From contig CAWIKF010000002.1 in the NCBI GenBank assembly GCA_963836755.1, forward strand, positions 672,001 to 736,000: 64,000 nt of DNA, given 5' to 3'. Source of the DNA: an uncultured Verrucomicrobiae bacterium (GTDB lineage Bacteria; Verrucomicrobiota; Verrucomicrobiia; Chthoniobacterales; Chthoniobacteraceae). How positions within the stretch are numbered: the stretch's first letter is position 1; each line of letters opens with the position of its first letter. The position numbers were made by a program, and so were the translations under genes. Positions 55,387 through 64,000 of this stretch are shown here, piece by piece. The notes below the pieces were generated by a model that made no database searches, was not told the DNA's origin, and saw only the letters and a list, made by a program, of their open reading frames with translations.

Positions 55387-56817
55387 ATGAGCACCGCCAC
55401 CGCCACCAAAACCACTCCTGATTACAAAGTCGCCGACATCGGCCTCGCCGATTGGGGCCGCAAGGAAATCTCCATCGCCGAGCACGAAATGCCCGGCCTG
55501 ATGTCGATCCGCAAAAAATACGCAGCCGCCAAGCCGCTCGGCGGCGTCCGCATCACCGGCTCGCTCCACATGACCATCCAGACCGCGGTCTTGATCGAGA
55601 CACTCGTCGATCTCGGCGCCGACGTCCGCTGGGCCTCGTGCAATATTTTCTCCACACAAGACCACGCCGCAGCCGCCATCGCGAAAGCCGGCGTCCCGGT
55701 CTTCGCCTGGAAAGGCGAGACGCTCGAGGAGTATTGGGAATGCACGGAACGCGCGCTCAGTTTTCCTGAAGGCAAAGGCCCGCAGCTCGTCGTCGATGAC
55801 GGCGGCGACGTCACTTTACTCATCCACAAAGGCTACGAGCTCGAGGACGGCAGCGATTGGATCGACACCGAATCCAGCGCCCATGAAGAAAAAGTCATCA
55901 AGGACCTCCTGCGCCAGATCAAGGCCGAGGACCCGCTCCGCTGGCATAACGTCGTGAAAGATTGGCGCGGCGTCTCCGAGGAAACCACAACCGGCGTGCA
56001 TCGCCTCTACCAGATGCTCGAAAAAGGCAAACTCCTCGTCCCGGCCATCAACGTCAACGACACCGCGACCAAATCAAAGTTCGACAACCTCTACGGCTGC
56101 CGCCATTCGCTCATCGACGGCATCAACCGCGCCCTCGACGTCATGGTCAGCGGCAAAGTCGCCGTCGTCTGCGGCTATGGCGATGTCGGCAAAGGCTGCG
56201 CCCAATCCCTCAAAGGCCAGGGCGCACGCGTCATCGTCACCGAGATCGATCCGATCAACGCGCTCCAAGCCGCCATGGAAGGCTACGAAGTCACCACGAT
56301 CGAGGACACCCTCGGCCGCGGCGACCTTTACGTCACCACTACCGGCAACGTCGACATCATCACCTACGAGCACATGACGAAAATGAAAGACCAGGCCGTC
56401 ATCTGCAACATCGGCCACTTCGACAACGAAATTCAGGTCGATCTCCTCAATACCGCCAAGGGCGTGAAGAAAACCAACATCAAGCCGCAGGTGGATAAAT
56501 ACACATTCCCCGACGGGCACGAGATTTTCATGCTGGCCGAGGGCCGGCTCGTCAATCTCGGCTGCGCCACCGGCCACCCGAGCTTCGTGATGAGCAATTC
56601 GTTCTCAAACCAGACGCTCGCGCAGCTCGATCTCTGGAAAAACCGGGATACGAACAAACCGGGCGTTTACATCCTGCCGAAGATCCTCGACGAAGAAGTT
56701 GCGCGCCTGCATTTGGATAAAATCGGCGTCAAGCTCACCAAGCTGACGAAAAAACAAGCCGATTACCTTGGCGTCAGCGCCGACGGTCCCTACAAGCCCG
56801 CGCACTACCGCTACTAA
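55387..56817 (+). CDS. ahcY: Adenosylhomocysteinase
   Basis: [43 protein letters not shown]. Confidence 0.98.
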   Translation: MSTATATKTTPDYKVADIGLADWGRKEISIAEHEMPGLMSIRKKYAAAKPLGGVRITGSLHMTIQTAVLIETLVDLGADVRWASCNIFSTQDHAAAAIAKAGVPVFAWKGETLEEYWECTERALSFPEGKGPQLVVDDGGDVTLLIHKGYELEDGSDWIDTESSAHEEKVIKDLLRQIKAEDPLRWHNVVKDWRGVSEETTTGVHRLYQMLEKGKLLVPAINVNDTATKSKFDNLYGCRHSLIDGINRALDVMVSGKVAVVCGYGDVGKGCAQSLKGQGARVIVTEIDPINALQAAMEGYEVTTIEDTLGRGDLYVTTTGNVDIITYEHMTKMKDQAVICNIGHFDNEIQVDLLNTAKGVKKTNIKPQVDKYTFPDGHEIFMLAEGRLVNLGCATGHPSFVMSNSFSNQTLAQLDLWKNRDTNKPGVYILPKILDEEVARLHLDKIGVKLTKLTKKQADYLGVSADGPYKPAHYRY

Positions 56818-56870
56818 ACTTTGTCGCCACGCGCAGCGCCGGTTCTGCCGGCTTTGCGTGGGAGTCGCTA

Positions 56871-57121
56871 AAACGGCTCCCGTTGCGACCGATCCTGCGT
56901 TCAGGTTTGGTCAAACGGCTCCCGTTTGAGCGATCCGGCGTCCAGGATCGTCCGCACAGCTCCGTTTTGAGCGATCCTGGAGCCCGGGTCGCTCGCGCGG
57001 CTCCGTTTTGACCGATCCTGAAGCCCGGGTCCTCCGCACAGCTCCGTTTTGAACGATCCTGAAGCCCGGCTCGCTCGCACAGCTCCGATTTGACCGATCC
57101 TGAACGCCGGGTCGGTCAAAA
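56871..57121. repeat. Six tandem ~41-bp imperfect hairpin-forming repeats (REP/BIME-like)
   Basis: GCTCC(G/C) unit starts at 56876, 56918, 56959, 57000, 57041 and 57082. Confidence 0.88.
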
Positions 57122-57220
57122 AAGCGGTTTTACTCTGTTGCCACATGCCGCGACGACGCCAAAACCGGTCCGCCGACGCGGCAGCCTTGCAATTTGAAGG
57201 CCGCTGCCGAAAGTAGCGCC

Positions 57221-58651
57221 ATGTCCGGCGCGTGGTCCCTCATTTTCATCGCGATCGCCGCCCTCCTCGCGGGCGCAGCCGGCGCCGCGCTTTTTTTCCG
57301 TCAAAGATTGCTCCTCTGCCTCGAAAAAGCCCACGGCGCGAATGCCGCCGCGCTCGCGACCGCGCAGCAAATCGGCGCGCGCGTGCCGGAGCTCGAGTCG
57401 CAAATCCGCGAGCTGCTCGCCGAAAAGTCGGGCGTGAGCTCACAGCTCGCCGCCGCCGTTGCCCAAGCCGAGGAGGAGCGAAAGGCGGCTGCGGAAAAGT
57501 TGGCGCTCATTGATGATGCGACGAAAAAGTTGAGCGACGCCTTTCACGCGCTTTCGGCGAAAGCGCTGCGCGACAACAATCAATCCTTTCTCGAAATGGC
57601 GGAAAGCAAGCTGGCAAAGTTCCAGGAAGGTGCGCGCGGCGACCTCGAGAAACGGCAGCAGGCGATCAACGAAATCGTGAAGCCGGTGCGCGAATCTTTG
57701 GAAAAAGTGGACGCAAAAATTGCCGAGATGGAAAAGACGCGCGCGGGCGCCTACGAATCGCTGACGACGCAGGTGCGCGGCCTTTTTGAAACGCAAAACG
57801 AGCTGCGCCGCGAAACTTCGAACCTTGTGCGCGCGCTCCATTCGCCGACCGTGCGCGGGCGGTGGGGCGAGGTGCAGCTGCGGCGCGTGGTCGAGATGGC
57901 GGGCATGGTCGATCATTGCGATTTCGCCGAGCAAATTTCCGTGAATACCGACGAAGGCCGGCTGCGTCCGGACCTCATCGTGAAACTGCCCGGAGGCAAA
58001 AGTATCGTCGTTGATTCCAAAGCGGCGATCCACGCCTATGTCGAGGCGATCGAGGCGACCGATGAGCTCGTGCGCGCCGAGCGGCTCGCGCGGCACGCGG
58101 CGCAGGTGCGCGGGCATGTGGAGGCGCTGTCGCGCAAGGCGTATTGGGAGCAATTCGAGCACGCGCCGGAGTTTGTCGTGCTTTTTTTGCCGGGCGAAAT
58201 GTTCTTCAGCGCGGCGCTCGAGCGCGATCCGCAGCTGATCGAATTCGCCGCGGACAAGCGCGTGATTTTAGCTACGCCGACAACTTTGATCGCATTATTA
58301 AAAGCAGTTTTCTACGGCTGGCGGCAGCAAAAGCTCGCGGAAAACGCGCAGGAAATCAGCGCGCTCGGCCGCGATCTTTACCAGCGCCTGAGCCTTGTCG
58401 GGGGACACATGGAAAACGTGGGCCGCAGCCTCAATAAAAGCGTCGAGAGCTACAACAAGGCGGTCGCTTCGCTTGAGAGCCGCGTGATGGTGACGGCACG
58501 AAAATTTCGCGATCTCGAAGCTGCTGCGCCCGGCGCCGAGATGGAGCCGATCTCGCCGGTGGAGCAAATCGCGCGGACGATCCAAGCGCCGGAATTGCTG
58601 CCGCCGGGCGAGCGCGATGTGCTGGAAAATCTCACCGGCGACTCGGTCTGA
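57221..58651 (+). CDS. rmuC: DNA recombination protein RmuC
   Basis: N-terminal TM and coiled coil; RGRWGEVQL, RPD..IVVDSK, PEFVVLFLPGE, TPTTLIALL. Confidence 0.93.
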   Translation: MSGAWSLIFIAIAALLAGAAGAALFFRQRLLLCLEKAHGANAAALATAQQIGARVPELESQIRELLAEKSGVSSQLAAAVAQAEEERKAAAEKLALIDDATKKLSDAFHALSAKALRDNNQSFLEMAESKLAKFQEGARGDLEKRQQAINEIVKPVRESLEKVDAKIAEMEKTRAGAYESLTTQVRGLFETQNELRRETSNLVRALHSPTVRGRWGEVQLRRVVEMAGMVDHCDFAEQISVNTDEGRLRPDLIVKLPGGKSIVVDSKAAIHAYVEAIEATDELVRAERLARHAAQVRGHVEALSRKAYWEQFEHAPEFVVLFLPGEMFFSAALERDPQLIEFAADKRVILATPTTLIALLKAVFYGWRQQKLAENAQEISALGRDLYQRLSLVGGHMENVGRSLNKSVESYNKAVASLESRVMVTARKFRDLEAAAPGAEMEPISPVEQIARTIQAPELLPPGERDVLENLTGDSV

Positions 58652-58714
58652 CTTTTATTTCATTCGGCAGCCTCTGCTGGACGGCGCTTGCGGTTTTTGC
58701 TACGGACTCCGTTC

Positions 58715-59251
58715 ATGAAATCGTCCGCTGATTTAGGCGCACCGGCGCAGTCCGCATCACCGCGTCATCACTTTCGGTTTCACATGCCACACGTGCATCT
58801 CGCGCCGGTTTTTGGGAGTGATTGGTTTGCATTAAAGGCGGAAGCTTTCGCGCGTTTTTTTGGAACGCCGGTATTTCTCGTCGCGCAGACCGGGATCGTT
58901 GCTGCCTGGATTACCTTAAATGTCCTCAATGTTTTCCACTTTGACGTCTATCCATTCATCCTTCTCAATCTCGCCTTCAGCCTTCAGGCAGCCTACGCGG
59001 CACCGCTGATCTTGCTCGCGCAAACGCGGCAGGCCGATCGCGACAAAGCCCACGCGGAAGCTGACGCGCAGCACCGCGAAGCGCTGGCGAATGCGAGTGA
59101 GGAGCGGCAGGCGATGGCCGCGCGGCAGACGGCGCAATTGCTGGACCTCATGCATCAGAATACGGAACTGACGCAATTGACGAAGGAGCTGAGCCAGCGC
59201 ATCGAGATGCTGACCGCTGAGATGCACCAGCGGGTTTTGGCGGTAAAGTAG
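58715..59251 (+). CDS. DUF1003-like membrane protein
   Basis: FDVYPFILLNLAFSLQAAYAAPLILLAQTRQ. Confidence 0.85.
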   Translation: MKSSADLGAPAQSASPRHHFRFHMPHVHLAPVFGSDWFALKAEAFARFFGTPVFLVAQTGIVAAWITLNVLNVFHFDVYPFILLNLAFSLQAAYAAPLILLAQTRQADRDKAHAEADAQHREALANASEERQAMAARQTAQLLDLMHQNTELTQLTKELSQRIEMLTAEMHQRVLAVK

Positions 59252-59263
59252 CGCGCCAACTTT

Positions 59264-59335
59264 GTCCCCGTAGTTCAACGGATAGAACGGAGGTTTCCTA
59301 AACCTTAGATGCGGGTTCGATTCCCACCGGGGACA
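59264..59335 (+). tRNA. tRNA-Arg(CCT)
   Basis: GTCCCCGTAGTTCAACGGATAGAAC, anticodon arm GAGGT-TTCCTAA-ACCTT, GGTTCGATTCC. Confidence 0.94.
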
Positions 59336-59432
59336 TCTAATCTGAGTAAAAAGACGGTGCCGCGGCCAGGCTCACTCCGGCGCTCTTCCTCGCTTTTGAA
59401 AATTCATCTTTGGCTGTGCGCCACTTCTGCCG

Positions 59433-60557
59433 ATGATGCCGCGCATGTCACCCGACCAACCGCGCGATGTAGTGGAGCTGCTGCAAGCGCTGATCCGCAT
59501 CCCGAGCGTGAATCCCGACGGGCAGCCGGGCACGGATCAGGTCGGCGAGCAGGCGTGCGCAGAACTCGTCGGAACGTTTTTAGAAAAATGCGGCGCGCAC
59601 GTGGAAATGCAAAATGTGCTGCCGGGTCGGCCGAATGTGATCGGGAAATTTCCGACGCAGCGCGAAACAAAATCGCGTGTCGTTTTTGCGCCGCACACAG
59701 ACACGGTCAGCATTGCCGGCATGACAATTCCGCCTTTCGCCGCGGAGCTGCGCGACGGAAAAGTTTTCGGCCGCGGCGCCAGCGATACCAAAGGCTCGAT
59801 GGCTGCGATGCTTTGGGCATTGTGGAAAATGCGTGAGAAAATCGCGGCGCTCTCGCACGAGATTTGGTTCATCGGTTTGGCCGGCGAGGAAGCGGGGCAG
59901 CACGGCGCGAAAGCTTTTTGCGCGAAGCACCACGCGGATTTTGCGCTGGTGGGTGAGCCGACGAATTGCGACATCGTCCACACGCACAAAGGCTCGATGT
60001 GGCTGACGTTGCGCGCGCGCGGCGTCGCCGCCCACGCATCCACGCCCGAGCGCGGCGACAACGCTATTTATAAAATGGCCGACGCGATCCACTGGCTGCG
60101 CGACGAGCTTGCGCCGCGGCTCGCGGAGCTGCGCGATCCGGTGCTCGGCTCGCCGACGATGAATGTCGGCACGATTTCCGGTGGCAGCAAAACGAACATT
60201 GTTCCCGATCTTTGCACCGCGACCGTTGACATCCGCACCGTGCCCGCGCAGGACACCGGAGCGCTTCTCTCGGATTTTGCGGCGAGATTTCCAAGCCTCG
60301 AAATCGTCACAAAACAATCACAGCCGCTCTTCACCGATCCCGCGCATCCGATGGTTGCACTGCTCGAGGGAGCCGGCGGCAAATGCGTGGGCGCGCCCTG
60401 GTTTTGCGACGCGGCGATTTTCGCGCAAGCTGGCATCCCGGCAGTCGCTGCGGGTCCCGGCTCGATCGCGCAGGCGCACACGAATGACGAATGGATTGCC
60501 GTCGATGAACTCGAGCGCGGCGTAAACTTTTACGGCAAATTTTTAGAAAAGTTATGA
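59433..60557 (+). CDS. M20 metallopeptidase (ArgE/DapE family)
   Basis: HTDTV, GRGASDTKG, GEE, GEPT, AHTNDE. Confidence 0.9.
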   Translation: MMPRMSPDQPRDVVELLQALIRIPSVNPDGQPGTDQVGEQACAELVGTFLEKCGAHVEMQNVLPGRPNVIGKFPTQRETKSRVVFAPHTDTVSIAGMTIPPFAAELRDGKVFGRGASDTKGSMAAMLWALWKMREKIAALSHEIWFIGLAGEEAGQHGAKAFCAKHHADFALVGEPTNCDIVHTHKGSMWLTLRARGVAAHASTPERGDNAIYKMADAIHWLRDELAPRLAELRDPVLGSPTMNVGTISGGSKTNIVPDLCTATVDIRTVPAQDTGALLSDFAARFPSLEIVTKQSQPLFTDPAHPMVALLEGAGGKCVGAPWFCDAAIFAQAGIPAVAAGPGSIAQAHTNDEWIAVDELERGVNFYGKFLEKL

Positions 60558-62086
60558 GCGAACAAAACAAAACGGCCATCACTCCGACGCGCGCCGAGGA
60601 TTTTCCCGAGTGGTATCAGCAAGTCGTGCGCGCCGCCGATCTCGCGGAAAATTCCGACGTGCGCGGCTGCATGGTCATCAAGCCGTGGGGCTATGGAATC
60701 TGGGAAACCATGCAACGCGGTCTCGACCGGATGTTTAAACGAACGGGACACCGCAACGCTTATTTTCCTTTGCTTATCCCTTTGTCGTATCTTGAGAAAG
60801 AAGCCGCGCACGTGGAAGGTTTCGCGAAGGAATGCGCGGTCGTGACGCATCATCGCCTCGAAGTCGGCGCGGATGGAAAGATGCGCGTGGCGCCATCGGC
60901 GCAGCTCGCGGAGCCTTTGGTGGTGCGGCCTACAAGCGAAACGATCATCGGCGCGACTTATGCGAAATGGGTTCGGTCGTGGCGGGATCTGCCGATTTTG
61001 ATCAACCAATGGGCAAACGTCGTGCGCTGGGAAATGCGCCCGCGCGTGTTTTTGCGGACGACGGAATTTCTCTGGCAGGAAGGTCACACGGCGCACGAGA
61101 CCGAAGCCGAGGCGCTGGCCGAGACCGAAAAAATGCTCGGCGTTTATGAAACTTTTGCGCGCGAGTTTCTGGCGCTGCCGGTTTTCACCGGCGAGAAAAG
61201 TGAAAGCGAACGCTTTCCAGGCGCTGTTAAAACATTGTGCATCGAAGCGATGGTGCAGGATCGAAAAGCGATCCAGGCCGGCACGTCGCATTTTCTCGGG
61301 CAAAATTTTGCGGAAGCGAGCGGGATCAAATTTTTGTCGCGCGAAAATCGCGAGGAGTTCGCGTGGACGACGAGTTGGGGCGTGAGCACGCGCCTCATCG
61401 GCGCGGCGATCATGATGCACGCGGATGATGACGGCATGATCGTGCCGCCGCGGATCGCGCCGACGCATGTGGTGATTTTGCCGGTGACGCCGAAGCCGGA
61501 GACGCGTGAGGCGGTGCTCGCGGCCGCGGAAACAATCGCGGAAAAAATTCGCGCCCAAAGTTTTCACAGCGCGTCCATCGAAGTGGAAGTGGACAAGCGC
61601 GAAATTGGCGGCGGGACGAAAAATTGGGAATGGATCAAGCGTGGCGTGCCGTTGCGAATCGAAATTGGCCCGCGCGATCTGGAAAAAAATTCAGTCGCGC
61701 TTTCCCGTCGTGATCAGGGCGTGAAGGAGAAGCAGTTTCTGCCCGCGAATGAAGCTGTGGAGCAGATCGCGGCAATTTTGCAGTCGATCCAGGATGAGCT
61801 TTTTGCGCGCGCTCTTGCGTTGCGCGACGCGCACACGCGCAACATTGACGCGCGTGACGAGTTTTACGCGTTCTTCACTCCGTTAAACACCAGCAAGCCG
61901 GAGATTCACGGCGGATTTGCCCGCTCGCATTGGTGCGGCAGCGCCCAGTGCGAGGCGAAAATCAAAGCGGATTTGAAAGTGACGATCCGCTGCATTCCCT
62001 TCGAAGCGCCCGAGGAGAATGGCACGTGCGTCTGCGGTTGCGGCTCACCGAGCCGACGGCGCGTGCTATGGGCGAAGTCTTATTGA
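60554..62086 (+). CDS. proS: Proline--tRNA ligase (archaeal/eukaryotic type)
   Basis: VRPTSE, FLRTTEFLWQEGH, QAGTSHFLGQNF, SWGVSTR, C-terminal Cys-rich domain ending AKSY; no INS editing domain. Confidence 0.96.
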   Translation: MSEQNKTAITPTRAEDFPEWYQQVVRAADLAENSDVRGCMVIKPWGYGIWETMQRGLDRMFKRTGHRNAYFPLLIPLSYLEKEAAHVEGFAKECAVVTHHRLEVGADGKMRVAPSAQLAEPLVVRPTSETIIGATYAKWVRSWRDLPILINQWANVVRWEMRPRVFLRTTEFLWQEGHTAHETEAEALAETEKMLGVYETFAREFLALPVFTGEKSESERFPGAVKTLCIEAMVQDRKAIQAGTSHFLGQNFAEASGIKFLSRENREEFAWTTSWGVSTRLIGAAIMMHADDDGMIVPPRIAPTHVVILPVTPKPETREAVLAAAETIAEKIRAQSFHSASIEVEVDKREIGGGTKNWEWIKRGVPLRIEIGPRDLEKNSVALSRRDQGVKEKQFLPANEAVEQIAAILQSIQDELFARALALRDAHTRNIDARDEFYAFFTPLNTSKPEIHGGFARSHWCGSAQCEAKIKADLKVTIRCIPFEAPEENGTCVCGCGSPSRRRVLWAKSY

Positions 62087-62161
62087 ACAATTGACGCAGC
62101 GCGTGAATTAGCCGCGAGGTTCTTGCGGTGAGCGGCGCGTTCATCGAAACTGCGCGTTCGC

Positions 62162-64000
62162 ATGATTGCCCTGCGCGAAAATTTACCGAGCGACTTCGTG
62201 TCGCGCATCGCGGAAATTTTCTCGCCGAACGGATTGCTGGCGCAGGCAAAGAATTTTGAGTTTCGCGCGGAGCAGCAGGAAATGGCGGTGGCTGTGGCGC
62301 GAGCCTTGGAGGACGAAACGCATCTCGTGGTCGAGGCGGGGACGGGCGTCGGCAAATCGCTCGCGTATCTGGTGCCGTCAATCTTGTTTGCGCTCAAAAA
62401 CCAAAAGAAAGCAGTTGTTTCGACATATACTATCAACCTGCAGGAGCAGTTGATTTACAAAGACATCCCGATTTTGCAAAAACTTTTGCCCGAGGAATTT
62501 GAGGCGGCGCTGTGGAAGGGGCGGCAGAATTATTTGTGTCCGCTGCGGCTGGAGCGCGCGATGGCGCACGCGGGTGAGCTTTTCACGGGGCCGGAGCAGG
62601 AGGAGTTGAAGCGGATTCAAGAATGGGCGCAGACGACGCGTGAGGGGACGCTGTCGGATTTTACCGTCGAGCCGGACTCGGCAGTGTGGGCGCAGGTGTG
62701 CAGCGAGCAGCATATTTGCACGACGAAAACCTGCGGACAAAACACGCGCTGCTTTTATCAGCAGGCGCGGAAGCGGTTGGTCTCGGCGGATCTGGTGGTG
62801 ATGAATCACACGCTCTTTTTCATGAATCTCGGGACGCTCGCGGAGATCGAGGAAAAGGAGTCGGGCTACATTTTCGCGAATGACTTCGTGATCTTTGACG
62901 AGGCGCACACGCTCGAGGCGGTGGCGGCGAAACAGATCGGGATCGGTGTGTCGCAATATGGGCTGCGGTATGTTTTGCAGCGGTTATACAACCCCAAAAC
63001 GAAGAAGGGGCTGTTCACGGTTTCGCGGAACGCGGAAGGAGTGCGCGAAGTTGCGGCGCTGCTGGACGACATCGAGCAGTTTTTTAAACAAGTGGAAGCG
63101 CGGGCGAATTTTAAAAAAGGACGCGAGTTCCGTGTGCGCGAGCCAGATTTTGTCGAGGACGCGCTGACGGCGAAGCTGGCGAGACTGCAGGCGCTGATTG
63201 TGAACACTCTGAAAAGTTCCGAGGACGAAACATTAAAATCGGAGCTGCAGGATCTCGGGCGACGGGTGCGCGACGCGCGCGAGGGCTTGGCAGAATTTTT
63301 GAGCCAGAGCGCGGCGGAGGATTACGTTTATTGGGTGGAAAAAACGGGGCGCACGGAAAAGTGGCTGAGCTTGAATGCAGCGCCGGTGGATATTGCCGCG
63401 CATTTGCGGCAGATGCTTTTTCGCGATGCGCAGCATTGTGTGATGACGAGCGCGACGCTTTCTGTCGGGAGTGAAAAATTGGCATATTTCCGCAATCGCG
63501 TCGGCGCGGAGGAGGTCGAAGCGATGCAGATCGGAAGTCCGTTTGATTACGAGACGCAGATGAAACTTTACGTCACGCGGAAGATGCCGGACCCGCGTGA
63601 CGAGGCTTACGAGGGCGAGCTCGCGAAGCAGATCGAGCATTTCGTGGAGATGAGCGCGGGGCGGGCTTTCGTGCTTTTCACAAGCTACAGAGCGATGCAG
63701 GCGCTGGCGGAGCGGTTGGAGACAAAGTTTAACGACGCGAAATGGAAACTGCTCGTGCAGGGAAAAGGCGCGCCGCGGCATCGGCTGATCGAGGAATTTA
63801 AAAACGGCGAACGCTGCGTGCTGTTCGGCACAGATAGTTTTTGGAGCGGCGTCGATGTGCCGGGCGAGGCGCTCAGCAATGTGATCATCACGCGGCTGCC
63901 GTTCGCGGTGCCCGATCATCCGATGGTTGAGGCGAAGCTTGAGATGATCGAAGCGCGCGGCGGCGACCCATTTTCGGAATACTCGCTGCCGGAGGCGATT
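62162..64000 (+). CDS. DinG/YoaA-family Fe-S DNA helicase (partial, runs off the window)
   Basis: Not in the ORF track; translated from the ATG at 62162: RAEQQEMA, EAGTGVGKSLAYL, KGRQNYLC, Cys cluster, FDEAH, TSATL, FWSGVDVPG. Confidence 0.92.
   Translation, partial: MIALRENLPSDFVSRIAEIFSPNGLLAQAKNFEFRAEQQEMAVAVARALEDETHLVVEAGTGVGKSLAYLVPSILFALKNQKKAVVSTYTINLQEQLIYKDIPILQKLLPEEFEAALWKGRQNYLCPLRLERAMAHAGELFTGPEQEELKRIQEWAQTTREGTLSDFTVEPDSAVWAQVCSEQHICTTKTCGQNTRCFYQQARKRLVSADLVVMNHTLFFMNLGTLAEIEEKESGYIFANDFVIFDEAHTLEAVAAKQIGIGVSQYGLRYVLQRLYNPKTKKGLFTVSRNAEGVREVAALLDDIEQFFKQVEARANFKKGREFRVREPDFVEDALTAKLARLQALIVNTLKSSEDETLKSELQDLGRRVRDAREGLAEFLSQSAAEDYVYWVEKTGRTEKWLSLNAAPVDIAAHLRQMLFRDAQHCVMTSATLSVGSEKLAYFRNRVGAEEVEAMQIGSPFDYETQMKLYVTRKMPDPRDEAYEGELAKQIEHFVEMSAGRAFVLFTSYRAMQALAERLETKFNDAKWKLLVQGKGAPRHRLIEEFKNGERCVLFGTDSFWSGVDVPGEALSNVIITRLPFAVPDHPMVEAKLEMIEARGGDPFSEYSLPEAI

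Noticed and set aside
56871..57121. Possible CRISPR array
   Set aside because: The whole 41-bp unit is repeated with scattered mismatches; there are no unique spacers

Overview
Bacterial chromosomal window, most likely from a Verrucomicrobiota (Chthoniobacterales/Spartobacteria-like) genome. This is inferred from a TGTTC-N4-GAACA LexA box, a PEP-CTERM/autotransporter-repeat protein and the gene repertoire. From left to right it contains: (i) a minus-strand operon of S9 peptidase, three SPFH/HflK/HflC genes and a His-rich P1B ATPase (partial), divergent from a Fur-family regulator; (ii) a histone-like basic protein, a YdjY-like gene with two prenyltransferase/squalene-cyclase-repeat genes, a beta-propeller glycosidase, an old-yellow-enzyme gene, tRNA-Pro and tRNA-Asp; (iii) a flavin halogenase-like gene, pgi, a sensor-less kinase, an NtrC-type regulator and glnD; (iv) an ~8.7 kb integrative element in tRNA-Gly(CCC). 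The element has a 35-bp att duplication, arm-like repeats at both ends, a tyrosine integrase, an AlpA/Xis-like gene, a RepA-like helicase followed by an iteron-like putative origin, and cargo of an MmeI-like RM enzyme plus a Panacea (DUF4065) antitoxin-toxin pair flanked by hairpin-rich non-coding DNA; (v) a GH2 hydrolase, a large PEP-CTERM-type protein and a palindromic tandem-repeat array; (vi) an imuA-imuB-dnaE2 cassette with an SOS box, tRNA-Ser, hisB, a TerB-fused ABC transporter, sahR-like/metK/ahcY, a 41-bp repeat array, rmuC, tRNA-Arg, an M20 peptidase, proS and a partial DinG helicase. The best candidate for a novel system is the minimalist, defence-carrying tRNA-Gly island. All calls come from reading motifs by eye; no database searches were run.
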